A program made the translations under genes and the position numbers. Below, piece by piece: positions 22,011 through 34,772 of a DNA stretch of 64,000 bases. This stretch comes from Trichoplax adhaerens (lineage: Eukaryota; Animalia; Placozoa). The stretch is taken from assembly GCF_000150275.1 (NCBI RefSeq), contig NW_002060946.1:3429454-3493453 (forward strand), read 5' to 3'. The notes under the pieces are model-generated. The model ran no database searches and was not told the DNA's origin. It saw only the letters and a program-made list of their open reading frames with translations. Position 1 is the first letter of the stretch. The number at the start of each line of letters is the position of its first letter.

Positions 22011-24814
22011 GATCAACTCAGAGAGACTTCTAGATTGCAATATTTATTGGAGGACTGGTTGAGAGGACACATGCGGATAAGTTGAACTTATCCAATTGAC
22101 TTACTATTGACTCTTTGGACGGAATCGTTTCGCCGCCCTCGCTGATAACCTAAAGCCGATACAACATCTCCTCCCCAATTAAAAGACTTCTTCATTTTCT
22201 GCAACACTGCACGTGATGCAAATTGCGTCGGTTGATTTTACAAATCTCTAATCATCTATCCCAAGATTTCAAGCATTAACGCCCTACAGCAGGTATGTAA
22301 AAATGATGTAGTAAATATTGTGTATGTCTTCTCAGGTGTTTATTCAATTTCCTGGATAGTAACAAGTTCCATAGTATATATTGCTATCTCTCCAAACCTT
22401 TTCACAAAGTCACGTAATTTATATCATGAATCAGAGGTCGCTATTGTACAAGTTACATTATCAAACGTTGATATTTTTGTCAATCAATCGATGCCGCTAT
22501 AGATACACAGCTCATACGTAATAAGATTCTATTTACGTGTTAATGTTCAAGTGAAATAAGTGCGGTGTTATTAGGGTATGAATATCAAGTCGATAGCTTA
22601 CGATTTTGAAGATAGATAGCTCGTTACGGGTGTTGAGACGAGAATATTTCATTATTAAATATTTATCTGGTGGGGTAAGTGAGTATAACTTTCCAAGTAC
22701 TTATGCACTATACTGTACACTGTACAGGTAAGATGAGTTGATCCAAGTTTTATGGATTACAGTATGCCGCTCCGAATTTTAAATCCATATAAACTGCACG
22801 GAATAAAGCGGCACATGACCGGCTGATTCATTACTTAGCCATAGAAATCACTCTGTACCCTGTGTTGTACTGTACATTTGTACAATATAGTATCCACAAA
22901 ATACGTACAGCTCTGCAGGTACGTATAGTAGATGGACTCATTCGAGTTTGTACTTTGTACTTATATAGTAAAATCGGTGTTATTAGTCCGTGCAAATAAA
23001 TAAACTTTGACGGTAATCAGTATTGTAAATATTAAGTTTTGGCTTGCTTAAATCAAGTGATGCGAAAAGTTTCCCTTCGTTCAAAGTTAAATCGATTGTT
23101 CAGTTTTCGTTTAACCAATCAAATCATAGTGACAGTCGTGCGACGATGGTAGCACTACACCTAGCAGCAGTTAGGGAGATTAATCTTCTAATGTCGGAAT
23201 ATTGTATTCTATTACTGGTAATAATAAAAAAAAAATAGATGCAATCTTGTTGCATGTTACCAATCGAACTGTTTTATTGGTAATTGAATAAAGATGTGTT
23301 TCATTTCAGTATCATAGCTTACACACAATGCGCTATTCAGGAATCAAATTGGAGAGTTATGCGACAGTGTCTGTCTGGGATGATGCTCCATTAACGGCTA
23401 AGTTTTTCGATAGAAAACTCAACTATAATAACATGCATCTTCGTAACGGTATACACGTACTATATCAATGTGAACCCCAGGGGCACTCTTGAATACACTA
23501 TACAATAGTTGCTTGTCTTGCCTAGTATTGACTGCGTAACCTGAATATTCTAGACCAAAGGCGATTCGAATGATACTCTCCTTCCATGACAGCTACTGCA
23601 CTTGTATTGACCTACAATGCAGATGCATCAACAATTTTGTGTTTCAATGATTGGTGATTAGTTGGAAACAGTGCGCTTAAGCTGAAGTTAGTATCGTCTA
23701 TGTACTGTACAGTATTGTACTATATTGGTGCGTAGAAGTACCTGATTGATCTGGTTGGACGGTACCTCTACAGTTGACAGTGATTATCTCTCTTTTAGCA
23801 AAGGTGGTAATAATACAGTACAATAATTCTACTTTATCTTTATTGCAAAGGATAAATTTGCTTTTTTAATTTGTTTTAATTGAAATCTCTCTCTATCTTT
23901 GTATTGTTGTGAGTTCTTTAAAGTGATCCTGCTGTGTTTTGTAAGTTAACCAGATGGAGTTTCTTAGACCGAGTGACTTCGTACAGCACTGTACAGTGTA
24001 CAGTGTACAGTACGTATATGACATTGATTATTAGCGAAGATTCTAGTGCCTTCTTGTTGTTAGTCGATGCCCGTTTGTATGTTTATGCTACGTTCGTGTT
24101 TATATATATATACTGTATAGACTTGGATACTAGTCACATTCCATTCCCCCGAGTATCTGGATGTTTTGATACCAACTGTAGCCAGAGTAAAATGTCATAA
24201 GAATACATCTAATACAGTATAAGAATCGTGTATCGTTTTTGCTTCATCATTGCAACGTACTATTTGGTATATTATTGTACTGTAGATGGATATAGCCAGG
24301 GGGTATTGGTATTGCTATTGTTATTACTACACTATTAACTGCTATTCATGTGCGGTATATAGCACACGTGAGCGCTGGCTTGGATTGATTGATTTGGTAC
24401 CCTAACCCCACGTGTTCATATTTAGAAGTTAGTCCTTCTGTGATCATCACGCATCGTTCTGTTTGCTTATTTACTGTTGTGTTGGAAAAGAATTGGTTGA
24501 AACTTGATGTTACTATAGTAGACGTGAGAAAGGTTCGGTTCAATCCCTTTATGTTGTATATAACTTTACTGTGCACTACAGTATATATATACAGTACAGT
24601 ACGCTAACTACACGAAGCATGTAGAATGGGGGGCTTGTGGTATCTTGGTTGTTAGTTGTTACTCTGAAGTGCGGTTCGATATCAATTGTGAAAAATTTCT
24701 TCCTAGGACGTTCAGTGATGTACAGTAAACGACATATATATATATATACTGTATTGTAAAAGTACATGTACATTGTACACTTGTACAGTACAGTAAGCAA
24801 AGGTTTTTCTTTTT

Positions 24815-25126
24815 TTCTTTCTTTAATGTCTATCAAGTAAAAATGTTGCCAAACTACAGACTGTATGGTTACTCTAGCTGACTAGGAGTACCAATGGGTG
24901 GGGGCTGGCGTGGGCTTATTTTGGACATCATTTGTTCTTTCTTTCTTGGGAAAATGAACGATATGCCCCTAAAATATAGTGGCATATCGTTCATTTTCCC
25001 TTCTTTCTTCAATGTCTATCAAGTAAAAATGTTGCCAAACTACAGACTGTATGGTTACTCTAGCTGACTAGGAGAACCAATGGGTGGGGGGGGGCAGGCG
25101 TGGGCTTATTTTGGACATCATTTGTT
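24815..25126. repeat. Tandem duplication of about 124 bp carrying CCAAT and GC-box-like motifs; second copy interrupted by a foldback element
   Basis: TTCTTTCTT.AATGTCTATCAAGTAAAAATGTTGCCAAAC...ACCAATGGGTGGGGG...GGCGTGGGCTTATTTTGGACATCATTTGTT at ~24815 and ~25001. Confidence 0.9.
24948..25000. mobile_element. 53-bp foldback MITE-like element with 20-bp perfect TIRs and 9-bp putative target-site duplication (Mutator/MULE-like)
   Basis: GGGAAAATGAACGATATGCC (24948-24967) is the exact reverse complement of 24981-25000; 13-nt spacer; TTCTTTCTT flanks both sides (24939-24947, 25001-25009); the other duplication copy lacks the element. Confidence 0.7.
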
Positions 25127-25414
25127 TGACTATCGACTCCACTACAGTATTGAAGGGTACTCTACAGTCTACTGTACAGTATACTGTGACTGTGACAAGT
25201 CAGTGACCAGTGACCACTGTGTGGGGCGCACTAACATTAGCAGAGGCAATGGATCGAGTGCGTCTGCGTAGATGATTGATTATTTTTTCTTTCCAAGTTT
25301 TGTATTTCTTGTCAGTTTATTAGTTATCAGTTATCGCCTCATCATGATGTAATTTAAATTAAATTTCAATTCAATTGTGGAAAAAATAATTGGCGATGAA
25401 GAAATTGAAATTGG

Positions 25415-25575
25415 TCATTTCCCTTATTGAATCATCCTATCTTGCTGCTGTTGTGTTGTATATTGATGAAAATGGAGTCGGATCGGATGAATGACTTTCA
25501 TTTCCCTTATTGAATCATCCTATCTTGCTACTGTTGTGTTGTATATTGACGAAAATGGAGTCGGATCGGATGAAT
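25415..25575. repeat. Tandem duplication, 83-bp period, 2 copies
   Basis: TCATTTCCCTTATTGAATCATCCTATCTTGCT...GGAGTCGGATCGGATGAAT at 25415 and 25498. Confidence 0.9.
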
Positions 25576-26612
25576 CACTTGATGATTGGCAATAGCCAAA
25601 TGACTGAATGACTCTACTTTGCCTACAGTATGCTGCCTAGGCCTGCGACTTTGAAATTAAATTATTCTATTAGAATAATAATATTTATTATGAAAGCATA
25701 CCCTACCATACCATACCTTACTGTCAGCATGTAGCGTTGATCAACATGACGCAAAGCAAACAAATAATAGTGATTTGATGTCCTTGTATAATATTGCATA
25801 GTTCAAGGAATTTCTTGCTTGTTGACTTGGTGTATGGGTTGGGGTTATGAACATGCTGTGCACTGTCTGATTACCGACAGTAACGCCATGATTCCACTGA
25901 GAAAACGATATTGTACTCTACACTACTGTACTCTACTTGATGGGTATGGAATGGTGGACGAGTACTGTACGATAGACCGTAGTACTGTATTGTACACTGT
26001 ACTCTACTGTACTGTACTGAACATGCGGTGGCATCATCACTGTTAAGTAGCGGAGATCGAGATGATTGGCCTTATTAATTAATTATTAGCTGAAGACATA
26101 AATAATCCTTCACGATGGCCTATCATGGAGATTGAGCAGTTGCTAATTAGGCGATGTTGAATTCTGAAGTTATTACGACTACAACGGACAGCAAGTTGCT
26201 ACTTGAAGCTTTTTGACATTCAATACTGTACTACTTGATCTTTATCGATCGTAAGGCATTGTTCGCAAATTGAAACTTTCATCGTGCTAGCGATACAGTC
26301 ATAATCCATTAATCGGTATGTGCATATTGTATGCATGCGTTAACAGTTTACAAATATCCCAATCAAGATTGATATACTTGCTAGCGATCTACATCCTCAT
26401 TTATGTCATATCTTAACAGCTGTTCAGTGTTCACCTTGAAAATCCAATCTTAATATGTACTATAGGAGCTCATTGTGAAACTTTTGTATTGATTAGCTCT
26501 ACCGTAAGCTCTAATAATTTTCATTTTCTATCGCAATATTGCAGTCCTTCCCTTTGGATACTTATTCTAATCAGTGGTGTACCATCTGGATATAGTACAC
26601 TTCGTACTATCA

Positions 26613-29600
26613 ATGGAAGAATTGCAAAGTGTCAACGATCATAACGAGTTAGCGCAGGTTAGTATCTTTGTACTATGAAATTTCTCTTTTACTTCTTGCT
26701 TGCTAGCTAGGTCGAACAATCTGGACATTATTTTACGATGATGTTATCGCTGGCTATATTGTTGTTACTTTATAAGGGGTAATGGCATAATCTTGTGGAA
26801 AATGTCTGATATCGCCATTGTCCTGCTTGGTTTCCAAGTTGATTAGAAACTCGACGATAGTATATGATACAGTAAAGCGTCAATTCCATACAACGTAGAC
26901 ATGAAGTTAATTATTTATTATGCACTTACACACAACTATCATAATGACAAAAATTTGTAGTTAAATTAGTATTCGCCTTAGTACCCTTTCCTATCCATTG
27001 CAAATTGCAGTGGTGCTGTAGTAGGTAGCAACTGATTAGCCCCCTAAAATGCGATCAACTTTATAGTATTGCGTTGCATTGCTTACTACTATTAAATTGC
27101 ATGATCATTGGTTGAACTTAGTCATACGTTACAACAAGGGTTCTACATTGGACGAAGCTTAACGGGGCTGAATGATGTGTTTTTAGTGACATAGACTTAT
27201 TATTAATACCAGAGATATTCCAGTAGAGGAAATGCCTGCTATCATGCTGATTTGCTGAATCCTGTCCCTGCATGCAACACGACTTGGTATTACAGTAATT
27301 TACAACGGATGTTTCACTCAGTAGGAAACTAGTATAGAGGAGGAACTTTCTTCAATCTGCCATTTTAGTACAGCCGGTATGTGCCAAAAATACGACATTA
27401 AAATACAACGCTGTCTATCTCGATAGATTGAAGGTTACAGTCTCGTAGAAAGTTATGGTCGTGTATTCGTAATTAATTAGGAGATAATGTTTACTCCCTG
27501 TGTATACGTTCAAAGTATGGCTATAAATGTAATTGATAGACTGTTCTTTCAACGATTTTTCCAATAATTGTGTAACATGTACTGTACGTATAATTCACAC
27601 ACTGTAGTATTGTATGATTTATGATTTTAGACAAAATTTTAATATTATTTACAACGAACAGATTTTATTTTGCTTGCTTACTTGTATGACTTTGTACAAT
27701 TGTGTTCATGTTAAGTATCACGTACTATACTGTACAGTAACTGATTAATTAGACAGTTTTTACTGTGATCATGGGTCAGTATATCAGCATATTGACCGTG
27801 AACAATAATAGTACAGTCTGTTTACCAAGCGATTTTGTGCAGTATGCTAAACATGTACTGACTGTACTCTACTGTATTTTATCAGAAAATAATAATAATA
27901 ATATGCATCTTTATAATTTGCTATTGGCACCCCCTGTACAGTATGGTATGATATTTGATATTGAAGGATCGTTGAAAGTGAGTCATGCGTTGTAGCGGCC
28001 GTTCACTGTGTCTACTTACGGTTTAGGTGTTGCCACTTATTGTTACTGTAATGTTTAGTTGCTACTTTTTATCACTTAATAACACAACATAGTATACTCA
28101 AAAGCCTACCTTGCCCTGCATGGCCATACTACGATACACATGTGGCTGTACCTTCAGAACTAACATATCCAATAGTAACTGTCTTATTTATGCTCTTTAG
28201 TGACTTACATGCAGTGTGTACATTACCGTAGACTCACGATACAGCTATTAAGTTGCGATCAGCCGTGTCGTGAACCTAATCATGTGTTAAAAAAAATAAT
28301 TTGTTAGTAAATCCCTATTAAATGTATAATAATCCTGATGGATGTGTTTGATAACACGTTGGCACTAGCATTACTTTAAAGTTATTGCGGCAATAGATAA
28401 AAACGTTATTAAGTCAGACATCATTATAAGGTTTTTGTTAATGTTAAGTATATATTATACACCGATTAGAAAGAAGAATTAGAGGCTTTAGCATCAATTT
28501 ATGGCGATGATTGGTCAGTTATTGATGGGACATCAAGAATTTACGTCATTCGTTTGCAGAAGGATTACTTGGATTCGGTCGTATCCATTGAATTAAAGGT
28601 AGATTACCTTTTAGTTAACAACGTTGCTTAAATTTTTAAACATAGGATAAGTTAATACGTCTATGTATGTATGCACTGCTGATAAAAGTACCATTTACGA
28701 ACTTCAATTATAAAGTATTAAATCTGTACGCAGTGGATAGTGTAATAGAAGATATGTACTGCACGCTATTCACGAGTGTTTTACGCATTTACACCTAATT
28801 TGAACGTTAAAGCGAAATTTCAATACTGTAAATATTGTGTCGAGTATGTTCTGAAAAATTAAATGATATAAAGTATTACTTTACCTTCTGCGTAGAATTA
28901 TGTAGAATTACCGGAGCAAATATTTATAAATGTTCTTGCTTATAATTTAAATCAGAGTCAGAATAATTGATTAGAGTAGAATTTGCATAAATGATATAAA
29001 GTGCTTGAATGTTTTCTATATCTTCAAATTGGTTGAGTGTGCCTTAATCCTCGACATAAATATTAGATGTAGATGTAACTCTGATTGGGTATGTACTGAT
29101 ATATTCGTAGGTTCTACTCCCTGTAACCTATCCTACTGATAATGCACCGGAATACGAATTAACGTAATAATAAGTTACCTTTTTGATAAATGGTTACGTT
29201 GGTCTTTGATTATAAAATTGACTTTTTTCATCCATTAAAATTCTACCTAGGGCTAATTTCTTTAGTGAAGAAGAACATACCGAAATGTGTCATGCTCTTG
29301 ATACGATTTATAAGTAAGTCGAATAACTTTGGTCAGTTGAAATGTTAATGTTTGAGATGTTACAACTGACCTTTGACAGCAATTTTGAAAAGAACTTTTA
29401 ATTTGATTTTACTTTCGAGAATAATTGGCCAGTGATATTGGTTTTTACTGTCGTTTCTTTAGCTTCTTTATGAATCTTTACTATTAAATAAATAGCTTAT
29501 ATGAATATAGTTTCACTAAACCACAATACTTATTGCCTATTAGCGTTCTTATTCACTTACTCGTTATAGCGTTAATGGATTTTGCATATGTAATGTTTTC

Positions 29601-30924
29601 TGATTACGTATGTAACAGTGATAGTGGCGGTGAAGTTATTCTGTTCCAGTGGGTAGAAAAACTTCGTGAGTGTTTAGCTTGGAAGATTGAAAAAGAAAAT
29701 TCTATCATTCAGCGTAGAAATTATGTAGCGAGCGGTAGCAACAGTATTGATGTATGTAACAATGTAATTTGATTTCAATACACTGTTAGATTGAATAATT
29801 TTGAGTATAATTAATTGATTGATACCCGCACTTAAAATAGAATTATTGCGGCAATTTTTAGATTAGTACGGTATATCAATCGTCCGGTTCAGACAATGAA
29901 ATAGAATCCAAATTGGACGAAACAGATAACGCTGTAAATAGCGCACCTAGTACTAGTGCAATTATTGGCAAAGAAGGTAGAAATAACTAAAAATTTCGTC
30001 TACTGCAAAATATTTAGTCTATGTAATATTTTTAAACCTAACCTATTGCAGAAAACCCAGAGATTATCCATGGCGAACCTATCGTAGATCGCAAGAGTGT
30101 ATTTCAGGCTCATTTAGCAGTAGTAAAATGTGTTTCTGAGGTAAGTTGACAGATATAATCGTATTTATTATTAACGTATGGTCTCCTCTATTTATTTTAC
30201 GGCGTTACTAATGGGATCAATTGCCAAAAAACTACTAGGTGGCCCGCATGAAAGATTCCCTTATGGAAAAGCGTAAAATTGCGCACGCATCTCATAATGT
30301 ACTAGCATACAGGTGCAGAAATTGATCCGTTATTCCTGACATTCATTACAATTTTAAAAGTTTAACTTTATCGTGGCAATATTTATCATAGAATTATTAA
30401 TGAGGAACATGGGACGTATATACAGGATTGTGATGATGATGGAGAAAAAGCCGCTGGATCTAGATTACTACATTTATTAGAGGTAATTATTTTTTAGCCA
30501 TCATTTTATTAACAAATATAAATCTTATTTCTACTTCGTAATATATTAACTATATCCTATGTTCTAATGTAGATACTTAATATTGAAAATGTGGCGGTAA
30601 TCGTCAGTCGATGGTAAATTTGAATTATATTCTTTAACTATGCTTCCATAGGGGTGTTCAATGTATAATCACATTATGTTCATAGGTATGGTGGAGTATT
30701 GCTAGGTGCTGATAGGTTTAAACATTATAATAATTGTGCTCGCGCTTTAATTTACCAAGCAGGACTCCCAAAGGTTACTATTTAACACGAAGCTATAGTA
30801 ATTTTAAACATAAATTGTCCATAACCGCTTTCTTATTCTATTTCAGGTTGATAAACATCGTAATCGTATTGCAGGAAGACACGAAATATCTTCTAAGTGT
30901 CCTCTACGAGCAGTGACACCTTGA
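26613..30924 (+). CDS. IMPACT: Protein IMPACT (RWD domain plus Impact/YigZ ancient domain), GCN1/GCN2 regulator
   Basis: Exons ~26613-26657, 28470-28598, 29111-29163, 29251-29312, 29599-29751, 29862-29976, 30051-30140, 30240-30312, 30393-30482, 30573-30613, 30686-30773, 30847-30924. Motifs EELEALASIYGDDW, GEVILFQWVEKLRE, HGEPIVDRKSVFQAH, QDCDDDGEKAAGSRLLHLL, VSRWYGGVLLGADRFKHINNCAR. First and last exons are less certain. Confidence 0.93.
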
Positions 30925-31639
30925 TACAGAGCAGTAATAAAAACTTAAATAAGATAAGAGAGAAATTATTTAACTTGACACTTGCCACATTAATTACTGC
31001 TTCTAAACTACCAGTTATGAAGACTGCAAAATTACTGACATATCGTCGGTTTTATTCAAGGTGGTCTGTATCAAGCTGTTATCATTTGTGTGTGAATATA
31101 GTTATCTAAATTTTGGCAATACACGAAACTTATTAACTATGATAGCAGAATCTAACAAATTTTTAATTATGCAAAATAACATAATCTTTACATCTGTGCG
31201 ATGATATATTCTTGGCTAAAATATCAGAAGATTCTAGTTCTCTGAATAGTACTGCTATCTGTGCAGGTTACTTAATAATGCTAGACATAACTATATCTTC
31301 ATTTTTTCTCTGAAATGTGCAATTTTACTCATGATCACTAAAATCAGTGTTGCTGAGCTATTATTACTTTACGATGCAATCTCGATAATATTTGCTGTAT
31401 TAGAAGAAAGAGGCTGGAAGTGACCTGATAATCTTCTGAATGATATGCATTTTCTGCTATTTATTGTTGTGTCTATTGTTTACTCAAATTTCCAAAGTTA
31501 AGTAGCTGAAGTAGTAACGCTGTTATTAAGCTTTTTGCTATTATTATTTTGATGTATGCTGTTGGTATACTAACATGAACACGAAAGATAGAATCTGATA
31601 GTCTTTACTTATAGCGAGCATATATTTGCATGCTTGTAT

Positions 31640-31644
<5 letters not shown>

Positions 31645-31672
<28 letters not shown>
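31645..31672. repeat. (TA)14 microsatellite
   Basis: Direct read of the sequence. Confidence 0.95.
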
Positions 31673-31676
<4 letters not shown>

Positions 31677-32731
31677 CTACTATATATACAGCCTGATAGA
31701 AAAAGCAACGACTTTAATGGTTCGATGGCGACCGACTCGGTATGATGACTGTAAACCAATACCGTGGACAAGTATCGTTATATAATTCCAAGATTCAAAT
31801 GCAGCAATGTCAGAAACTGAGACTATGACAAGCTTTTTTCTGATTCATAAAACGTAATTTATATTTAAATATAAATTCATCAATCCTATTCTCTATATAG
31901 TCTCTCCTGTTATGCTGTTGAGGCAATTTAAAATATATTATTCCTATTTGCATCTAGTTATTTGTATAATCTATTCAAATTGAGCAGCATTTTTGTATTG
32001 ATAAGAAACCAGAATTATTACAATTGTTTCAAATGTTTCAGCTATTAGGCAAGAATGATTTATATGTAGCTTTTCTTGAATTATGTCGTAACGTTGTATT
32101 TGTAGATAGCGGCACATATGTGCTAAATTACATGAAATGTAACCATTCAGTCGAAGCTATAAAATTTATTGACGTCTATAAAACCTCTTTTAGTAATCAA
32201 ATGATCATTATTTGAATTGTATGTTTGTATATATTTATGCGTATAATACATTTATACCATATTTAAATGTGTTTTTTTTAGTTCAACTACCAACGTCGGT
32301 AGTTTATGAAAATTTTATCTGATGCAAGTATCGAGATAAACGTACGCATACTGTACGTAATGTTACCTATTAATCCTAGGGATAGTTTTAAACAGCATGG
32401 ACTATAGCATTCTGCGCAGTGAGAATACGTCGTTACTGTTTACTTGGATACTGTAGAATCTTGATCAAAGTAATTGATCAGGATATGAAATTCTTCACGA
32501 TGTGTGATATAAAACAGTAAAATATAAAGTAGTAATTCATGTCAACGTACGAATTTATTAATACTCGCATCCTGGTAATGTCTAGTAAATGATTCTTCAG
32601 GTATAAGTGACCTTAATAATAAGAATCATATTATATTGTAAGACACGACCGTTGGTTAATATTTACGTTGTATAAATGAAAGCCTAATATGTTTAATTGA
32701 AGAGATGCAACTGCATATATATAATATATAC

Positions 32732-32866
32732 ATACGTACATTATACAACAGAACTGATTTAAAATGTTTTTAATACTTACAAAGCGCCTTATTTAATATA
32801 CGTACATTGTACAACAAAACTGATAATGTAAAATGTTTTTAACACTTGCAAAATGACTTATTTAAT
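32732..32866. repeat. Diverged tandem duplication, about 66-bp unit, 2 copies
   Basis: ATACGTACATT.TACAACA.AACTGAT...AAAATGTTTTTAA.ACTT.CAAA...CTTATTTAAT at 32732 and 32798. Confidence 0.8.
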
Positions 32867-34772
32867 GTACTCAGGATAGAAACGTGTAACGTATTAAAGA
32901 AAAGGAATAGACTGTACTTGGTAAGCTCAGATCAAATCTGAAAGAACGGACATTGTCACAAATGAAAATAAAAATTAAAATAACCATCTTGATATTTTGC
33001 ATAAAGTTTTTGAATTTACAATAACTAGTACGGATGTAGCTTAATGTCATAAAAGTAATGGTAACCAATAGGTGACTTACATAAAAGTTGACTTATACAA
33101 TACATACTTATCTCTTACTAATCTGCTAACTTCGTGCAAAACTAAAAGTGGTGTAACGTTAAAATACGGTAGAAAGGAATGGAGAATTTAACAAGGCTCG
33201 GTAGAATAGATTCTTAACGAAAACGAAAGCGACGAGAAGAAAAAACATCAGAAAGTTCCAAGCGGCGCGAAATATACGCGTAAATGCATATACAGCACAG
33301 TATTTCATGTTTTTATTTGCTATACCAGGGTATTTATACGCACAAAAAATGACGTATTGAATTTTTCGATGTAATATTGTTAAACCAATTGTGTCTTCGC
33401 ACCATAAATGAAATTATAGTATAGAACGTTGGAATTAAGCTATTGCAAGACGCGAGTTATCGGTTATTCAATATTGATCGGTAATGCGTATAACACATTG
33501 TACTGTACAATTGGTATAAATGGGAATGAAGGAATTTCATATTGTACTTAGGTATACAATATTCCGAAAATATGTAATACGATATTTTAAATTTTATATA
33601 ATATATTCATTCTATGAATGACAAGGGACGGAAAGGAAATTGTTGTAGTCTAATAAATTAGAAGCACAATTAAAATGTTTTAGTTTCTGATTGTTTGATT
33701 AGTATTACTAAGCTAGAATAGTAGCAAAATATGTCGTATTTGGAAATATATAGTGAATTATATTTCAGCTTTTAATTCCAGGTGACCTTGGCGGTTACTT
33801 CTTTAAATATGGAAATGTGAATCATGATTCCATAAAACTGCAAGTGTTTAAATAAGTAAAGTTATGCAAAATATTAACTGATGGCTTCTGAACCCCCGTA
33901 ATGGGCACAATAAACAAAATAGATTTGCCATTACTGTATATGCAACTTTCCAGCGCTTCTATCTATTGCTTAAGTAACATTATAACTTTTATGAATTAAG
34001 ATAATTGGCTGTAACTTTTCTTGAATCTCCTTCATTCACTCACAATTAAGCTATGGAAGACATACGTGCAATGAAATGATCTGTATTGTTTTTGCTACGT
34101 ACTTCAATTTTGGTCATTACAAAGCAGCATAATTAAATTTGCAATAGCTTCAAGACCATCATACTCTTAAAATTATGCTTCATTTACCACTAAAATATTA
34201 TAATCGGAGACTACGAGACTGAAGCTTTATTAGTAGTTTTTAATATGGCTTTGGATAAGCAATAATGACGTTGTGCTGATCATCGCTTGCTAGCTTAATC
34301 TTTGCAGAACTGAATCAGTATTACTGATAGAAGTGTTCCGCTTTTCATTACAAACGTTAAGAGAATCCATTTTGTTTATTATATAATACATTAATCCTCC
34401 ACAAATACATTGCAACGCTCTAGGTATTGTTCTTGTGGTTAGGCGTGCATCATACTCAACTAGTGCACATTCTGTACAGTATATTTTTGATACGTTTACA
34501 TCTATTTTATAGGTACTTCTAGAAGTACACAATTTCATGTTTACGTGTGGTCTTCGAAACAACTTAAAATAATAGTGACTGTTACGAATGATCGAATTCT
34601 TTTTCTATCACATCATACTGGAATTTTACCAAAGTAATTTCTGGCTTTCATGAAGCTAAAATCAGTAACTATAATAGACAACTGTACTAGTAATGTTAGA
34701 AATAATAAAAAGTCTCCTATCTGAATTAATCCTGTTGATTCATAGTGTTACTTATTTTATAAATATTTAAAT

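Noticed and set aside
24399-24408. ACCCTAACCC as a telomerase RNA template
   Set aside because: No recognisable downstream pseudoknot, CR4/5 or H/ACA; a 10-mer is plausible by chance.
24500-24555. GGTTCAATCCC as a tRNA T-loop
   Set aside because: No cloverleaf, acceptor stem or A-box can be formed.
20140-26046. Numerous 60-150 aa ORFs rich in Y/C/T/V/Q/S
   Set aside because: Artefacts of ACAGT repeats, which lack stop codons; no domain or exon support.
31741-31823. Box C/D snoRNA (ATGATGA ... CTGA)
   Set aside because: No terminal stem and no recognisable rRNA guide; overlapping exon-like signals are also unsupported.
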